The position numbers and the translations under genes are program-made. From Podarcis bocagei (Eukaryota), in NCBI GenBank assembly GCA_964188305.1, contig OZ076889.1: 64,000 bases of DNA; one strand, given 5' to 3'. Below the pieces are notes generated by a model. That model saw only the letters and a list, made by a program, of their open reading frames with translations. It searched no databases and was not told where the DNA came from. Positions 12,676 through 25,041 of this stretch are shown here, piece by piece (position 1 is the first letter of the stretch; each line of letters starts with the position of its first letter).

Positions 12676-14674
12676 TACTATGTCCTATTGGACACAACAG
12701 AATCTGCTTCAAAATAAATATGGATAGGATCATACTGTCAATACCACACCCCTTCCCTTTCAGTTTACAATTAGAACTGTACAAAAGAGCACCACGATCA
12801 TATCCATGTTCTACTGAAGTCAACAGAATTTTCTTCCGAGTAGACATGTATAGATTTGCACAGTTAAATAGGAGACCAGCAAACAAAACTCTGTTAAGAA
12901 GCAGAATTAAGGACTTAAGTAAGTAAAAGATACTAAAGGACCTTGAGCAGGAAGGAGTCTTCACCTGGTGCTAAATATACACACGCTGATAATTCACTGT
13001 AGTTGTACTTAAGACTTGTACATTGATTTGAATGTGACTATGTGGGATATCACCCATAAGATTTGGTACCAGGCAAAATTGCCCCAGGATAATGTTTCAT
13101 ATATGAGGTGACAAAAGCCCTTTTCCTGGTAGCTGTCTTCCTAACTTGTGCAGGGTCTGAAAAGCTGGGCTTATTTGAGCAGGTCTGTGTGAGTAGCTGG
13201 CCATTTAGACTGGGACTGAAATGATAAAGAATAAGAATAAGCTTCTCTTACAATAAAGCTAGGTTACTAGATATGAAAGTAATAAAATGCAACAGTGGTT
13301 GTTTCTTTAAGAAATAGATGCAATAAACATAGAATAGTAAGAGATCTCCTCAAACTCATATTCTTACATCCGTCATTGGACTGTTAAATTCATTTCATGA
13401 CAGACACAACACAATGACTGTCTTGTGGATCAACCGTCTATTTTTTTTAAAAAATGAATAATTTCCAAGCTAGTTTGAAAGGTGCACAGCAGGAATAGCT
13501 CAAAAGTTTCAGAAGCACAATAAACTACCATATGCTCAGAAATGAAGTTAGGAGACAAATCTATATCTGAGTTTCCTCACAGAAGGGAGTTGAGTTGGTT
13601 TCATACCACATAATTAAATGCCAGTCATACCTTTTCCGAGGTGCAGAAGTTTGATCTATTTTTATATTAAAGCAGTAAGGGAAAATCTTTTAAGAGCACT
13701 CGGCTGATTCATCACTCAGGCTGTAGAATGACAGCACCATTCACTCTGTGAGAAGGTATTAGCATCATCAGACACAACAAAGCTGAACCTTTGCCATGCA
13801 AATTTGATTTACCCAAACTTTTATTCACCTGTTCACTGTGTCACTTAAGTTGGCCTGTGTCAATTCCTATGTGAAAAGTAGTCTGGAGGTTTTATTATAC
13901 CCATGTTTTGGTCCTTTATCAAACCATTGGATAAAATATGTTGAACAGTTCAATGTAATTGGTTGCAAAGTATTTTAATAAAGTGGGACTCAGCACTCTC
14001 TGTGAAAGATGAAATAATGTCCATTCATATAGAATTTCTTAGAAAAGGGGTAAGCCTGAGAATCATTCTGAGAAGGATTTCCTCCCAGATGGTGGTGGAT
14101 TTCAGATACTGAAAATATTACAAACCACAAGTTTTTTCCAACTGCTGGTTAGTAAACCAGTAAAGACAAACTTTACAATTGACAGGGAAGAGTAAGTGAT
14201 CGGACTTACCAGTCCTTCCACAGCTTAACCTTTTAACCAAATGAAACCTTTGGACTGCAGACAATAAAGCTTCAATTACAAGAGGGGCGGGATTCAATTC
14301 CTTTTTTTATTTCTGAAATATCCCCACGTAGATTAGCATTCGTTCAAGAAGAGTCATTATATTACAATGTACACATTACATTCTGTTACAACACATCCAT
14401 CAGCCACCTGCTATGTGCTGGTTGCTGTAGAAACCAACAGTGCCAGCTTTATATGTCTGCCTTATTTTGGGGGTATGATTATCTGACATGGTCACAGCTC
14501 ATTAAACCCAAGATGTGATCGTGCGGATACATTCACAGTAGCTGCTACTCTCTCCTCACCTAATGGTACCTGAGGTACTGTCTTCAGCTGTTGTCTTAGA
14601 CCCCTTTACACATATTCTGAGTGGCTTGTTTGCTGCTGTCACCCTGCAACTCCAGCACTAGCTGAAGTCTGTAT

Positions 14675-14811
14675 CCGTGTTTCCCAAACTTGGGTCTTCA
14701 GCTGTTTTTGGACTACAACTCCCATCATCCCTAACTAGCAGGACCCAGTGGTCAGGGATGATGGGAACTGTAGTCCAAAAACAGCTATAGACCCAAGTTT
14801 GGGAAACACTG
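14675..14811. mobile_element. Palindromic hAT MITE (CAGTGTTTCCCAAAC-type ends)
   Basis: TIRs c(c)gtgtttcccaaacttgggtct / agacccaagtttgggaaacactg; core shared with the 4322 copy; TSD gtctgtat / gtctatat (7/8). Confidence 0.9.
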
Positions 14812-14943
14812 GTCTATATCATTTGAAGGTTCCCAACCGCATTGTTGGCCCAGTAGCATATTTATCATACTATGCAAGCAACGGGTAGGCCACTGAAAAG
14901 TGTTAGACTGGCATTATATTCTAAACCAGATATGTTTCTACAG

Positions 14944-15302
14944 CAGGGATGGCAACCTTCTTCAGAATGAGGGCTGCATTCCCTCCTGTGCAAACTTCTA
15001 GGGGCCACATGTCAATGACCAGCAGGGCCAGCAGCAAGACTGGGTGGAGCAACGACTATATTTTTAACCTTTCTACTGTAGGTGAATCTCTGCGTACACT
15101 CACTCAGCCCTCTCTATCCTTCATCCAGGCAAGAGCCATTAACAGAGTTGAAGGAAACATTACAGCCAGGCAAAACCACTCCAGGAGGATGTGAGAGCTG
15201 TAGCCTTAGAAAATAGGGTTTGACTGGGAAGCGGGTATGGCCTGGAGGGAGTTCTGAGGAAGACCTGATGAGTCTTCCTAGTGCTGAGGTTTCTTACCCT
15301 TG
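14944..15302. mobile_element. Non-autonomous hAT element, about 360 bp, copy 1
   Basis: Starts cagggatggcaacc and ends gaggtttcttacccttg; flanks ttctacag/ctccacag; colinear similarity with 38118-38423. Confidence 0.65.
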
Positions 15303-16079
15303 CTCCACAGGAACCACCTGGGCAGAAGTCCTGGCCAGCATAGGAGCAATTGTGGGCACACCAGTATCCATGTTGCTTGGGGTGACCATATTCACAAGTC
15401 AGCCAAGAGTTCTACTTGCAATATTGTGCCAAGAGAAGGAACAGTGAAATACTTCACACCCTTTTTGAATATAAGCATTTATTTCCAGAGGACTTGCAGC
15501 TGCCAAACTTAATAATGGAAAATTGAAAGTCAAATAGCCCATATTAGCCTGTCAGAGGTTGATAGAATTCACATCCCATTTTCTTCCTGCAAACGGAGTC
15601 TACTAGATCTCTGTAACAACCTTACAGCTGAGGGAAATCTCTGCAGACTCCTTGCGGGAGCCATTTAAACTAACCTATGATAATGTTGTACAGGAGCACA
15701 AATCATTTATGATCTTTGAGAGATCATGGCAGACAATTTTTATACAACAAAGAAACATTGCAGAAATGCAGCTTTGAGGGGAGTATGAGCGATACCTGCA
15801 CAGATATGATCTAGATTATCTTTTTCCCTGAGACACTGAAATTCATATATAACAAAGTGCTAGCAGCATCCTTTTTTTAAGAGTAGAACTGTTCATAAAT
15901 GCTACAAATGTGCTTTCCCTCTCATTCTTATCAGCCATGCCTCATAACGCCTAAATGCAAGTGATAACAGAATATTCTGAAGCCTCATGAATGAAAAAAG
16001 CAAGTTGACTTTGCGGAACAAAGCAAAAAGAAAAGAAGAAAAGGTAAAAGGCTTAAGCATATATTCAATAATGGCATTC

Positions 16080-16290
16080 ATATAGCACTTCAGAGCGTTC
16101 AAAGAGCTTCACATACATTATCTTGGTAATCCTTGCAGCAGCACTGTAAGGTAGGTCTGGGCTATTATTTCTGCATTGCAGATGGAGGTTGAGATGGAAA
16201 GATACTAGCTTTTCTAAGGCCATTTGGAATGTTCATGGCAGGTGCAAGGTTTGAATCAGAAAGGTTTCACTACAGTCTCATAACTACAAG
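16080..16290 (-). mobile_element. MIR/CORE-type SINE remnant
   Basis: tatagcactt...aaagagcttcacatacattatct...aatcct...ctgtaaggtagg...tattatt...cattgcagatggagg follows the reverse-strand MIR core pattern. Confidence 0.7.
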
Positions 16291-18578
16291 GCTATTCTTG
16301 TTCACTGATTTAACAGGACTGTATGCTAAACAACCAGTTTGTCTCACCTGACACTTAAGTTGTTGTCTTTTAGGAACACAGAAAGCTGTCCTAGACTGAA
16401 TCAGGTGATTGACAGGTCTGCCCTCTGATCAGCTTACAACATTAATTTTACTGGCAATCATTTTATTTGAAGAGTAACAGCAATGCAGCCCCAAAAGACA
16501 AGCTGAAAGATACAAACTGAGTCCTCTCAAACACTGCAGAGGCCACTATATTCTAAAGCTGAATGAACGTACAAGCCATATTTTCATTTTATAAAAATAA
16601 TATATTTTTATTTTTAACTTGCACCTTAATAATTTCTTGCAGGACCAAATACAGGTTTTCCTTAGCAGTGCCTTCTTGAGATCCTCCACCAACTCATTCT
16701 GATCAGTTTCCTGCTCTCTCAGAAAGCAACTGCTGCTGTTAATCACAGTGGCTGCAGCCTGAAAAATCAGTTACTCAAGGACTGGTCACAGTGAAGTCAA
16801 GTGTAGCCCAATCAATCTAAAAGTGCTAAGGGCCAGCATAATCTCATTTATTGGCGGTGGTGGGAGGCATGAACCAATATTGGTTAAATCTGAAGCTATT
16901 TACTATTTGCTTTGACAGGAAGCTAGTGAATTCTGATAAGAATCATATATATACTAACTGCAAACTCAGTTGTCCTAGTACCAGGCCACAATAACACCAT
17001 GCACACACAAAAGGCAGGTATCTATGACTTTGGGGGAGCTCTAAGGTTTGCAGAAATACAAAATAATATTTAGGGGGAAACCGGTGGCGGACCCAACACT
17101 TTGGGCATGGAATGCTGGCTGTTATGGGAGGGAAGTGAAAAACTGGCACAGAGGAAATGCATGTCATGGCTAGAAACCTGAACAGGAACATTCCACACTG
17201 CAACATTTCATTGCAAATTCAGTCTGTGAATTACTATACTACATAGTTTGGGGATTGCATGCAATATCTCAGACTTCGCTTGGCTGAATTGGCTGGCCAT
17301 CACCTTTGTTAATTGAGTAGTCATTACAGACTTTCCTCTGCCAACACATTTAAGCTTAAAATAATGAAATCTTAACTCACATGGATTTAAAATGTAAAAT
17401 TAGCCTCAAAGCCAGGATTTCAATAATAATCTGAGCCAAAAGATTTGCTGATTCAGGCTCCTATTTATCAGGACAATGGACTTCATCCATTTTTTTTCTG
17501 GAGTAAGACTAAAATAAAGACAAGCAATTTAAAATCTCATGTGTATGTTATAGACACAATGAGATGACAGCTGATGCCTTCTTTTTGTTAAGTAAGAAGG
17601 TTTCTGCTATCATGTTTGTCTGTAACAACTTTGATGTCGAATTGATGGTGATTAATGTTTTTAGCATGCAATGTTGTATTTGATTAAAGGTCTGAAAACT
17701 ATTTTGTTCATTACTTACTAATTTTTTTAACCACCTACTAGGAAAGAAGATGGAAGAAGCTAATTGTAATACTGGGGGAGTGGGGGGGGGACCTGACATA
17801 CGGAAATAATGAAGATGCAATGCTCACATAATGAATATTTTAATGATAGTTTTTGATGGCTATAGATATATGTGGGTTTTCATGGAAAGGGAATCCTTCT
17901 GGGCAGAAATGAATAGATCACATGTAGGGAGCCTCATTAACTACAGAGTGTCCTTCCACCCTGCTCTGATGACAGAACTGTTGTTTGATCTGCTGCCCAG
18001 TGAAGTCAATGGGAATCTAGCCTAAGCAGATTCTTTCTCAAAGCACTTTGCAGACATGAGGGCTGTTGAATTGGCTGGGACACACTCTGGCAAAGTGCTT
18101 TTGGGATTGGGCTGAGGGTTGGCAAGACATGAAATATCAGATGCAGATTAGTGCACATCTAATTAATTATGAAAGCATTACATTTTGTTCAGCAATGATA
18201 TACACTGGGAGGGCTTCCTTTTATCCTCTTCCTGCAAAAACTGGAGGGGGACTTTTGGATGAAAATGCAGGAAATAAGAGTGGTACCAAAAGTGGCTGGA
18301 TTCTACTTGGCTCCACAGCACCTCCACCCCCCCCCCCAAAACACTGCCAGTAGCAGAGGACCCAAAACAGATGAAGAAGAGGCAGAAAGAAGAAATCAGC
18401 ATGACAATCTGGATCAGGAGGCTTCACCCGGTATATCAGATGGTCCATTCTTGGTATTGCAGTGGACCCTTGTGCCCTAAGGCCCTTCCCCTTGTACAGT
18501 GAGTGATGTGGTCTGGAGCAGACTCGCTTCAACACTGGGAACTATAAATGACGTGAACACATGAGTCATTGCCTAGAT

Positions 18579-19160
18579 CAGGCATGAGGAACCTCCAGCC
18601 TGCAGGCCAAATTACACCTGGCAGGGCACCCAATTTGGCCCACAAGGATATTCTCCCTGCTATGGCCAATTGCCCCAGATGATGTCAGATGGGGAATGCC
18701 ATGTCTACAAAGAGAACTATCAGGAGTCTTAAATTGTACATCATTTCCCCCCTCTGCAAGCATTTGGGGACTTTTACATTTGGCATCAAATGCAAATCCC
18801 ACTGGGAATGACTTCACTTGGAAAATCGCAACTGGAGCTCCTGAGTGGACTTGATTCCTTCTGCACACCGGCCTTGCATTTGGTGTTGAATTTTAGTTCA
18901 GGGTTGAATGCAAGTCCACCGGCATTGGCACCAGTTGTGAGCAACTCGGTAGAACCTATCTGTGCAAAGGAACTTTTTTCTTTTCTTTGCAAACTTGGCT
19001 GAACTGAAACAAAAAGACCTGAAATCAAACCACACAGTACAAGGAATTTCTTTTGCAGACTGACTTGGATTAATAGTGATGCCAGGTGCCTGACAGGTGA
19101 GTGACTCTGCCCACCTATCAAAGTGGCCCATTAGGCATGTGGGACATGAGGATCTAGCCT
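18579..19160. mobile_element. Old non-autonomous hAT element (right end uncertain)
   Basis: Starts caggcatgaggaacctccagcctgcaggccaaat after the 8-mer gcctagat, a Charlie-like left end; no clear right TIR. Confidence 0.4.
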
Positions 19161-19431
19161 ACTAGGAGCTGCTAGAGGCTTCTGAGATTAATTGTTTCAC
19201 CACTATGTTAGCCTGATGCACACAAGTAGAAGCCTTTGAACAGTTGTGTAGATAAGGGAATCTCAGTTGTATCTCGCACAACAATAAAAGGTCTAGAAAT
19301 CCTGTCCTCTTTTCTCTGCTGACTATTCTGTTGTGCACATACCAATACACCATACACAGCAGCAGCACACACAGGACAGCAGTGGCTCACCAGAAGCTGA
19401 GAAAACAACATATCCAACAACATAAGGATAG

Positions 19432-19479
19432 GTTAAGAGTCTCAGTTCAATTCTGCAGTTAAGAGTCTCAGTTCAATTC
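19432..19479. repeat. Perfect short tandem duplication (period 26)
   Basis: gttaagagtctcagttcaattc repeated exactly, separated by tgca. Confidence 0.92.
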
Positions 19480-20617
19480 CATTTTTAAAGAGCTTGCACA
19501 AAAGCATCTTCAGACCTTGGTATGACAGGTTTGCTAATCATGTTCAGAAAAGTTATTTACTGATACTTATAAAATTTAACTAGTTTATTTATTTGGTCTC
19601 ATACGACATTCACTCAAGAAGAACATTCTGACTTTAAATCAGTTGAAAAAGCACATGGAGTTATATTCAGAATATAAAAGGTTATACAGAAAATTATCAT
19701 TGAAGATATTTGCTCATACTCAATGCGGCAGGATTTTGTCACCTCTAAGATAGCTCATTAAATGTCAAAGCTTGGTCTATTACTTTACTTTATGCCCTAC
19801 CACTGAGCCTATAAATGTGACACGGGAAGATGTGAATGGCTAGTTTGTGGTTTTAATAATAAAAAGAGATGCAATAAGCTTATATTGGATCTTTGCAAAG
19901 GAGGGAAGTTGTATTTCCTTCTGCAGTCTCAGGAGATTAACCCACACAGGGACTGAGTCACACAGTACGATTTCATGGTATGGAAATGCAAAGGGGAGAT
20001 AAAAATTCCAGACACAAATTACCACAACTGCCAATATGCTGTTTATCGGCTCACATTGAGCACTTACGCTCACATGATTTCCATTGTGTCGTGAGTTGCA
20101 GTTCAGTTAATTCATTATGAATAGCAATATTTTTTGGATTATATTCAGTTTCTAAAGAGCACATAGCATTTCCACATGAATCCCGGCTTTGTTAGCATGG
20201 AAATAGTCAGATTTCAGAGCTACAGCTTGGTTCACATTTATAAATTCTTTTTCTTTGCAAAACCTCTAACTACTACTAGACCCCCAAAGGATATATGCAA
20301 ACTACCTTATTCCATATTATACTCCACCCCTGCCCCCATTCAGGTGTCTAGTTAAGGGTTTTTTTGGCCTTCCATCCCTGTTTTCTCATTGTCTTGTCTA
20401 CACACTTTCATCATCATATTTTTAGCAGAAGCAAGGGAAACGACGGAATGGCATTACTCCTGTTGTCCCTGATTCTAGCTTCCAAATATCCATGGCATGA
20501 ATGAGGCTATTCATGTACATACTGAACATATGTAGGATCTCTCTTCAGGGGTAAATGGGAAAGTACGTTTTAGGGCACCTCATTTTCTAGTTTAGGACAT
20601 TAGGTCCAAGCAGGAGC

Positions 20618-20950
20618 AGAGGTGGATTTAGGGCTGTCTGAGCAGTGTGCACCCACTCAATGCTGAGCCAAGCAGGTGCCATCTCTAAGCCCAATAAGGG
20701 TCCTAGAGCCCTCATGCTGCCTTCCAAAGCTGGGAAAGCACTAACTGGGATTTGGTAAGGAGGTGTGAGGCTCTGATAGGGTCCTAGAGTCCTCCTTCCT
20801 CCTTCTGAAAGCCTAGTTAGTGCTTTCCTAGCACTAGAAGGCAGTGGGGGGCTCTAGGACCCTTACGCCTCCTCCCCAAGCCCTTACGCCTCCTCCCCAA
20901 GGCTGGGTGCCTCCTTACCCAACTTTGGGAAGACAACAAAAGGAGGGGGT
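20618..20950. mobile_element. GC-rich DNA-transposon-like remnant with internal inverted repeat
   Basis: Starts near agaggtggatttaggg; arms 20695-20748 and 20812-20865 are reverse complements; 21-bp tandem cccttacgcctcctccccaag x2 at 20860-20901. Confidence 0.5.
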
Positions 20951-21103
20951 TGTCAGAATCACAGACTCAACACCAGAAATGATACTTGAGGTGAGATCAC
21001 ATCTCATTACTTTTGTGCATCACAACTGTAACTACTACCGAGATAGCCATGATTGAGGCCTTAGGTTTTGCATTTTTCTCTTTTATGCTTTCTTACACTC
21101 TAT

Positions 21104-21455
21104 GAGATACAGGTGGTGCTGTGGGTTAAGCCACAGAGCCTAGGACTTGCCGATCAGAAGGTCAGTGGTTTGAATCCCCATGACGGGGTGAGCTCCCGTT
21201 GCTCGGTCCCTGCTCCTGCCAACCTAGCAGTTCGAAAACACGTCAAAGTGCAAGTAGATAAATAGGTATCCCGGCGGGAAGGTAAACGGCGTTTCCATGT
21301 GCTGCTCTGGTTCCCCAGAAGTGGCTTAGTCATGCTGGCCACATGACCTGGAAGCTGTAAGCTGGCTCCCTTGGCCAATAAAGTGAGATGAGCGCCGCAA
21401 CCCCAGAATCATCCGCAACTGGACCTAATGGTCAGGGGTCCCTTTACCTTTTCCT
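21104..21455 (+). mobile_element. Sauria SINE (Squam1-type), full length
   Basis: tRNA-like head gagatacaggtggtgctgtgggttaag with B-box ggtttgaatccc; body ccaacctagcagttcgaaa...aagtagataaataggta; (ACCTTT)-type tail; TSD ttacactct. Confidence 0.93.
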
Positions 21456-22343
21456 TTACACTCTTCTTTAAAACATCCTGAATTTTTTTCCTCTACACAC
21501 ACAGTGCAAGATGGATTTTCAGTCATGTTGAGTCTAGTAATTCTTAGATCCTTTCACCTACCCTGAATGGCTACCTATCATTTAAATCTCTGAAGTGGTA
21601 AGTATTGATGATTTAGTTATGACTGCTCCAGTAATTGAAGGTCATGAGGAATTACAGCTATCAGGCAAAAAAAGAAGAAAGAAAATAAAAGAAAGAAAAA
21701 AGGATAGTCACTATATGGCACAGAGGCTATCAAGGACACACTTCCAGAGACTGATAAATCAAGTTAAAGAGCACCTTAAAATGTTCAGCTAGTTGCATCA
21801 CTTGAATGGCTAAATAGTTTCATACATCTCTTGAGAAAAGATATTGGCTTGCTCAATGAAACAGATAATGGGCTATTTGGTAGAAACTGCTAAGGCTTTC
21901 TGCTTGGAGCCCAATTCTTTCCATGTCTTGGTAAACTCATTTGTGTGCCTGGTTTATTTTTTCATGAGTTCCCTTTTCCTTCAGGAGGCATTGCCTAAGC
22001 AAGACAAGAGTGGTTCTTCTTAGATTGGAGCAAAACTCAAAGATGAAAACAGCTTTCGGTTTCAGATGAAATAAACTCCATAAACTGCCCAATGAGGCAT
22101 TATTTAGACCCAAAGATCACAGAAAAATAATCTGAACATGCATACTGAATGCATTTCAATTCTGTTCTTATGGCAGAGGTTCAATCTAAGTCAGGCATCT
22201 CCAGAGAATAATAGCTTCTCCCCTTTATTGTGTAAGTAAATTCTTACATCCAAAAACTGCCAACAAGAGCTAGGAAGATACGTCCTACAGTTTAAAATTT
22301 GGATTTTCTGTCACTTTAAATTCACAGGTATAAAACTCCACCC

Positions 22344-22543
22344 NNNNNNNNNNNNNNNNNNNNNNNNNNNNNNNNNNNNNNNNNNNNNNNNNNNNNNNNN
22401 NNNNNNNNNNNNNNNNNNNNNNNNNNNNNNNNNNNNNNNNNNNNNNNNNNNNNNNNNNNNNNNNNNNNNNNNNNNNNNNNNNNNNNNNNNNNNNNNNNNN
22501 NNNNNNNNNNNNNNNNNNNNNNNNNNNNNNNNNNNNNNNNNNN
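22344..22543. other. Assembly gap (200 N)
   Basis: Run of N. Confidence 1.
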
Positions 22544-24877
22544 CCTGCTTAACCTGAACATTTGTAATTTAATGGAGATTTTTACAAAGGCGTGACTAGT
22601 CTCTACTGCTCTCAGACTCCAAAACGTGTCTGGGTCTGATTTTCCTGCTACTTGCAAAAGAAAGAGGGTAAATCCACGTTGTTGTTAATTTCAACAGGTT
22701 GCTTCCACCCTGACTGGAACAACATATTAATGAGCCCCTATGAAGAAAATACTCATCATATCCACCATGGACTGATCCATACAAATATTCCCCAAGATAC
22801 TCTACTATTTTGAGGTCAGTCCATGGTGAAGACCCCAGTTCTAGTCTTGTGAAATATTTCATACAGATTCAGGTTGCAGGTCACCAAGGACTAGGGCAAC
22901 AATCTGAACATGCCAACTAGTTAGCGTAAAAATGTCACATCACAACCAGAAGATCCTCATTTGAATCCAACCTGTATATCAGCTTCCCAATGAGGATTTT
23001 GTCTTATTAGTAGATTACTAATGGGCTAAGAATTGGCTCCTTCTTCAACACCTTTCCATCAAAGTTTCAAAAGACACCACATTTCAAGACAGCCTTTCCA
23101 GTGCATAATTTGAGCATATCAGTTCATCAGCACTTCACATTTATACCTCTTGTTAAGGCATGAATTGCTTTTCTAACAACAGCCTGGCAAGAAGAAAACG
23201 ATCATCACAGAAAAAGTGTAAATAATATATACTCACATTATTAACCAAAGTTGTTTTCATTCTGTGCCCTGCAGTCATCATTAGTAAAAATTAAACATGC
23301 ATAAATCAGTCTCTCACAAAGGGCTGAATGTCATCAAAAGTCACCTTGTTTTAATGAAACATTTTGAAATCCCATATTTATTTTCCCCCTGAAATCCTGT
23401 GGGTTAAATAATGAACTCATTCTCCAAATGTGGCTACTTACAGAGCCAAAATGGCATCATCCACACCCAAGAACAATTAGAGGGCTCAAGGGAACCCCTA
23501 GGTTTGTGGTACAAAAAAAATCAGCCAAAATGAAAAAAAGAGAGCCCTAAGAAGGGTTTTTCTGGAAAAGGCGAGAAGCAGAAAACCAATTAGAGAAGGA
23601 ATAGCATGGAGTATTCTGAAAAAAGGCACAGTTGGCTGGAATTTTGGACAGGAGAGCCCCACTCTGAAACATGTTGCATATTCAAAAACCTGATAAAAAG
23701 ACATTATCAGATCATATTGGAAGCAACTCTGGAGATTGGTCACCCTCTGCCATAAAACAGTTTTCTGCTGCAGCTAAATCATCCTCAGCAAAGGTCACTT
23801 TGCAGATGTCCGCATTTTCAGCAAGCTAATCACCAACCAGGTCAAATAGCCCATTGAGACAGCAGGCCCTTGGATGGTATTCTAATATGCAACCTATAAA
23901 AGTTAGATTTTAGAAGTTTCGACTTGTGTGAAAACATATACTGATGTGCACTGAAAGGACCCCTTTTCTGTTAACACACAGTTACCTTAACCTGTACATA
24001 CTTTCACAGAGGGCATCTTCTGTGAACAGTCTGGGAGCTATGTTTTAATCCCTTGTCAGCAGTATTTCCCCCCTCACCGTGAGCAACACACACACACACA
24101 AAGAATAAAGAACTGACTTTCTCTTTCTGGCAAATGTTGCCTCTAGCAGTTGCAAAAGGGAACACTTTCTTTCTGCTTAAACAGCTGACCTCAAAGATTG
24201 AGGATATGGAGTTTTACTGCTCAGATAAAAAAGAAAGGAAAAAAGAGTATGGGTGTTGCAATGCTATCACCTTATTCTTGGAGGTATTGAAAAACAAGCC
24301 GTAGGTGGGCTAAAATCTTTCTCCTAAAAAACATCACCACCATCACCCCATTTTTACACTCAAGTGCTTTAAAGCAACTTAGGCAGGGGGAAACAACACC
24401 CACAAAGTAACAAAGACGTTAAAAAACAGCAATAGGCAACAACTAAAACATGAACTTTTTAACAAGGGCACGTTTATTGGTATCTGTTCGCAAGATCCAG
24501 ATTAGATCCAGATTTGCTCCCATTGGCAGAGGGAGGAGGTGACTTTTTCTTATTCTTCCCACCCCCTGCAGCCCAAGACTCATGGGAATGTTGGGTTGAA
24601 GAATCCTCTGGAACATTATGGAACCGAGTTGTAGGGACTACAGTGAAAACTGGGACATGTGACTTTGGGGGCTGTGCTCTTGCAGGAATCAGCTGACTAG
24701 CACACCAGTGTAAAATAGGGTCAGGAAAATATAGCCTGCAGGAGGGCAAATGACTGAGGAGCAGCTGTAACCCAGAGAGAGTCCTGAGCACCACATTCGA
24801 CCCACAGGTTCCCCATCACTGGCCTACAGAATTCCTTGGCAAGTTCCCTGCCCCAGTAACTTACAAGCCAAATCCTG

Positions 24878-25005
24878 TTACAGATAGGTAGCCGTGTTGG
24901 TCTGCCATAGTACAAATAAAAAAATTCCTTCCAGTAGCACCTTAAAGACCAACTAAGTTAGTTCTTGGTATGAGCTTTCGTGTGCATGCACACTTCTTCA
25001 GATAC
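24878..25005. mobile_element. Penelope-like (PLE) terminal-repeat fragment
   Basis: ggtagccgtgttggtctg...tagcaccttaaagaccaac...tgagctttcgtgtgcatgcacacttcttcagatac is the reptile Penelope pseudo-LTR pattern (recalled); flanked by direct repeat ccaaatcctg (24868-24877 / 25005-25014). Confidence 0.8.
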
Positions 25006-25009
25006 CAAA
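24964..25009 (-). ncRNA. Minimal type I hammerhead ribozyme motif
   Basis: Minus strand reads UUUGGUAU-CUGAAGA-A-GUGUG(CAUG)CACAC-GAAA-GC-UC/AUACCAAG: intact CUGANGA and GAAA core, 5-bp stem II with G10.1-C11.1, palindromic AGCU stem III, UH cleavage site and an 8-bp stem I. Confidence 0.72.
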
Positions 25010-25041
25010 TCCTGCAATTCTTCAGATACCAAATCCTGCAA
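24994..25041. repeat. 24-bp perfect tandem duplication across the PLE/flank junction
   Basis: ttcttcagataccaaatcctgcaa x2. Confidence 0.92.

Noticed and set aside
18259-18480. Acidic, protein-looking peptide (KTDEEEAERRNQHDNLDQEASPG)
   Set aside because: A purine-rich stretch next to a poly-C run, without a good acceptor or recognisable homology.
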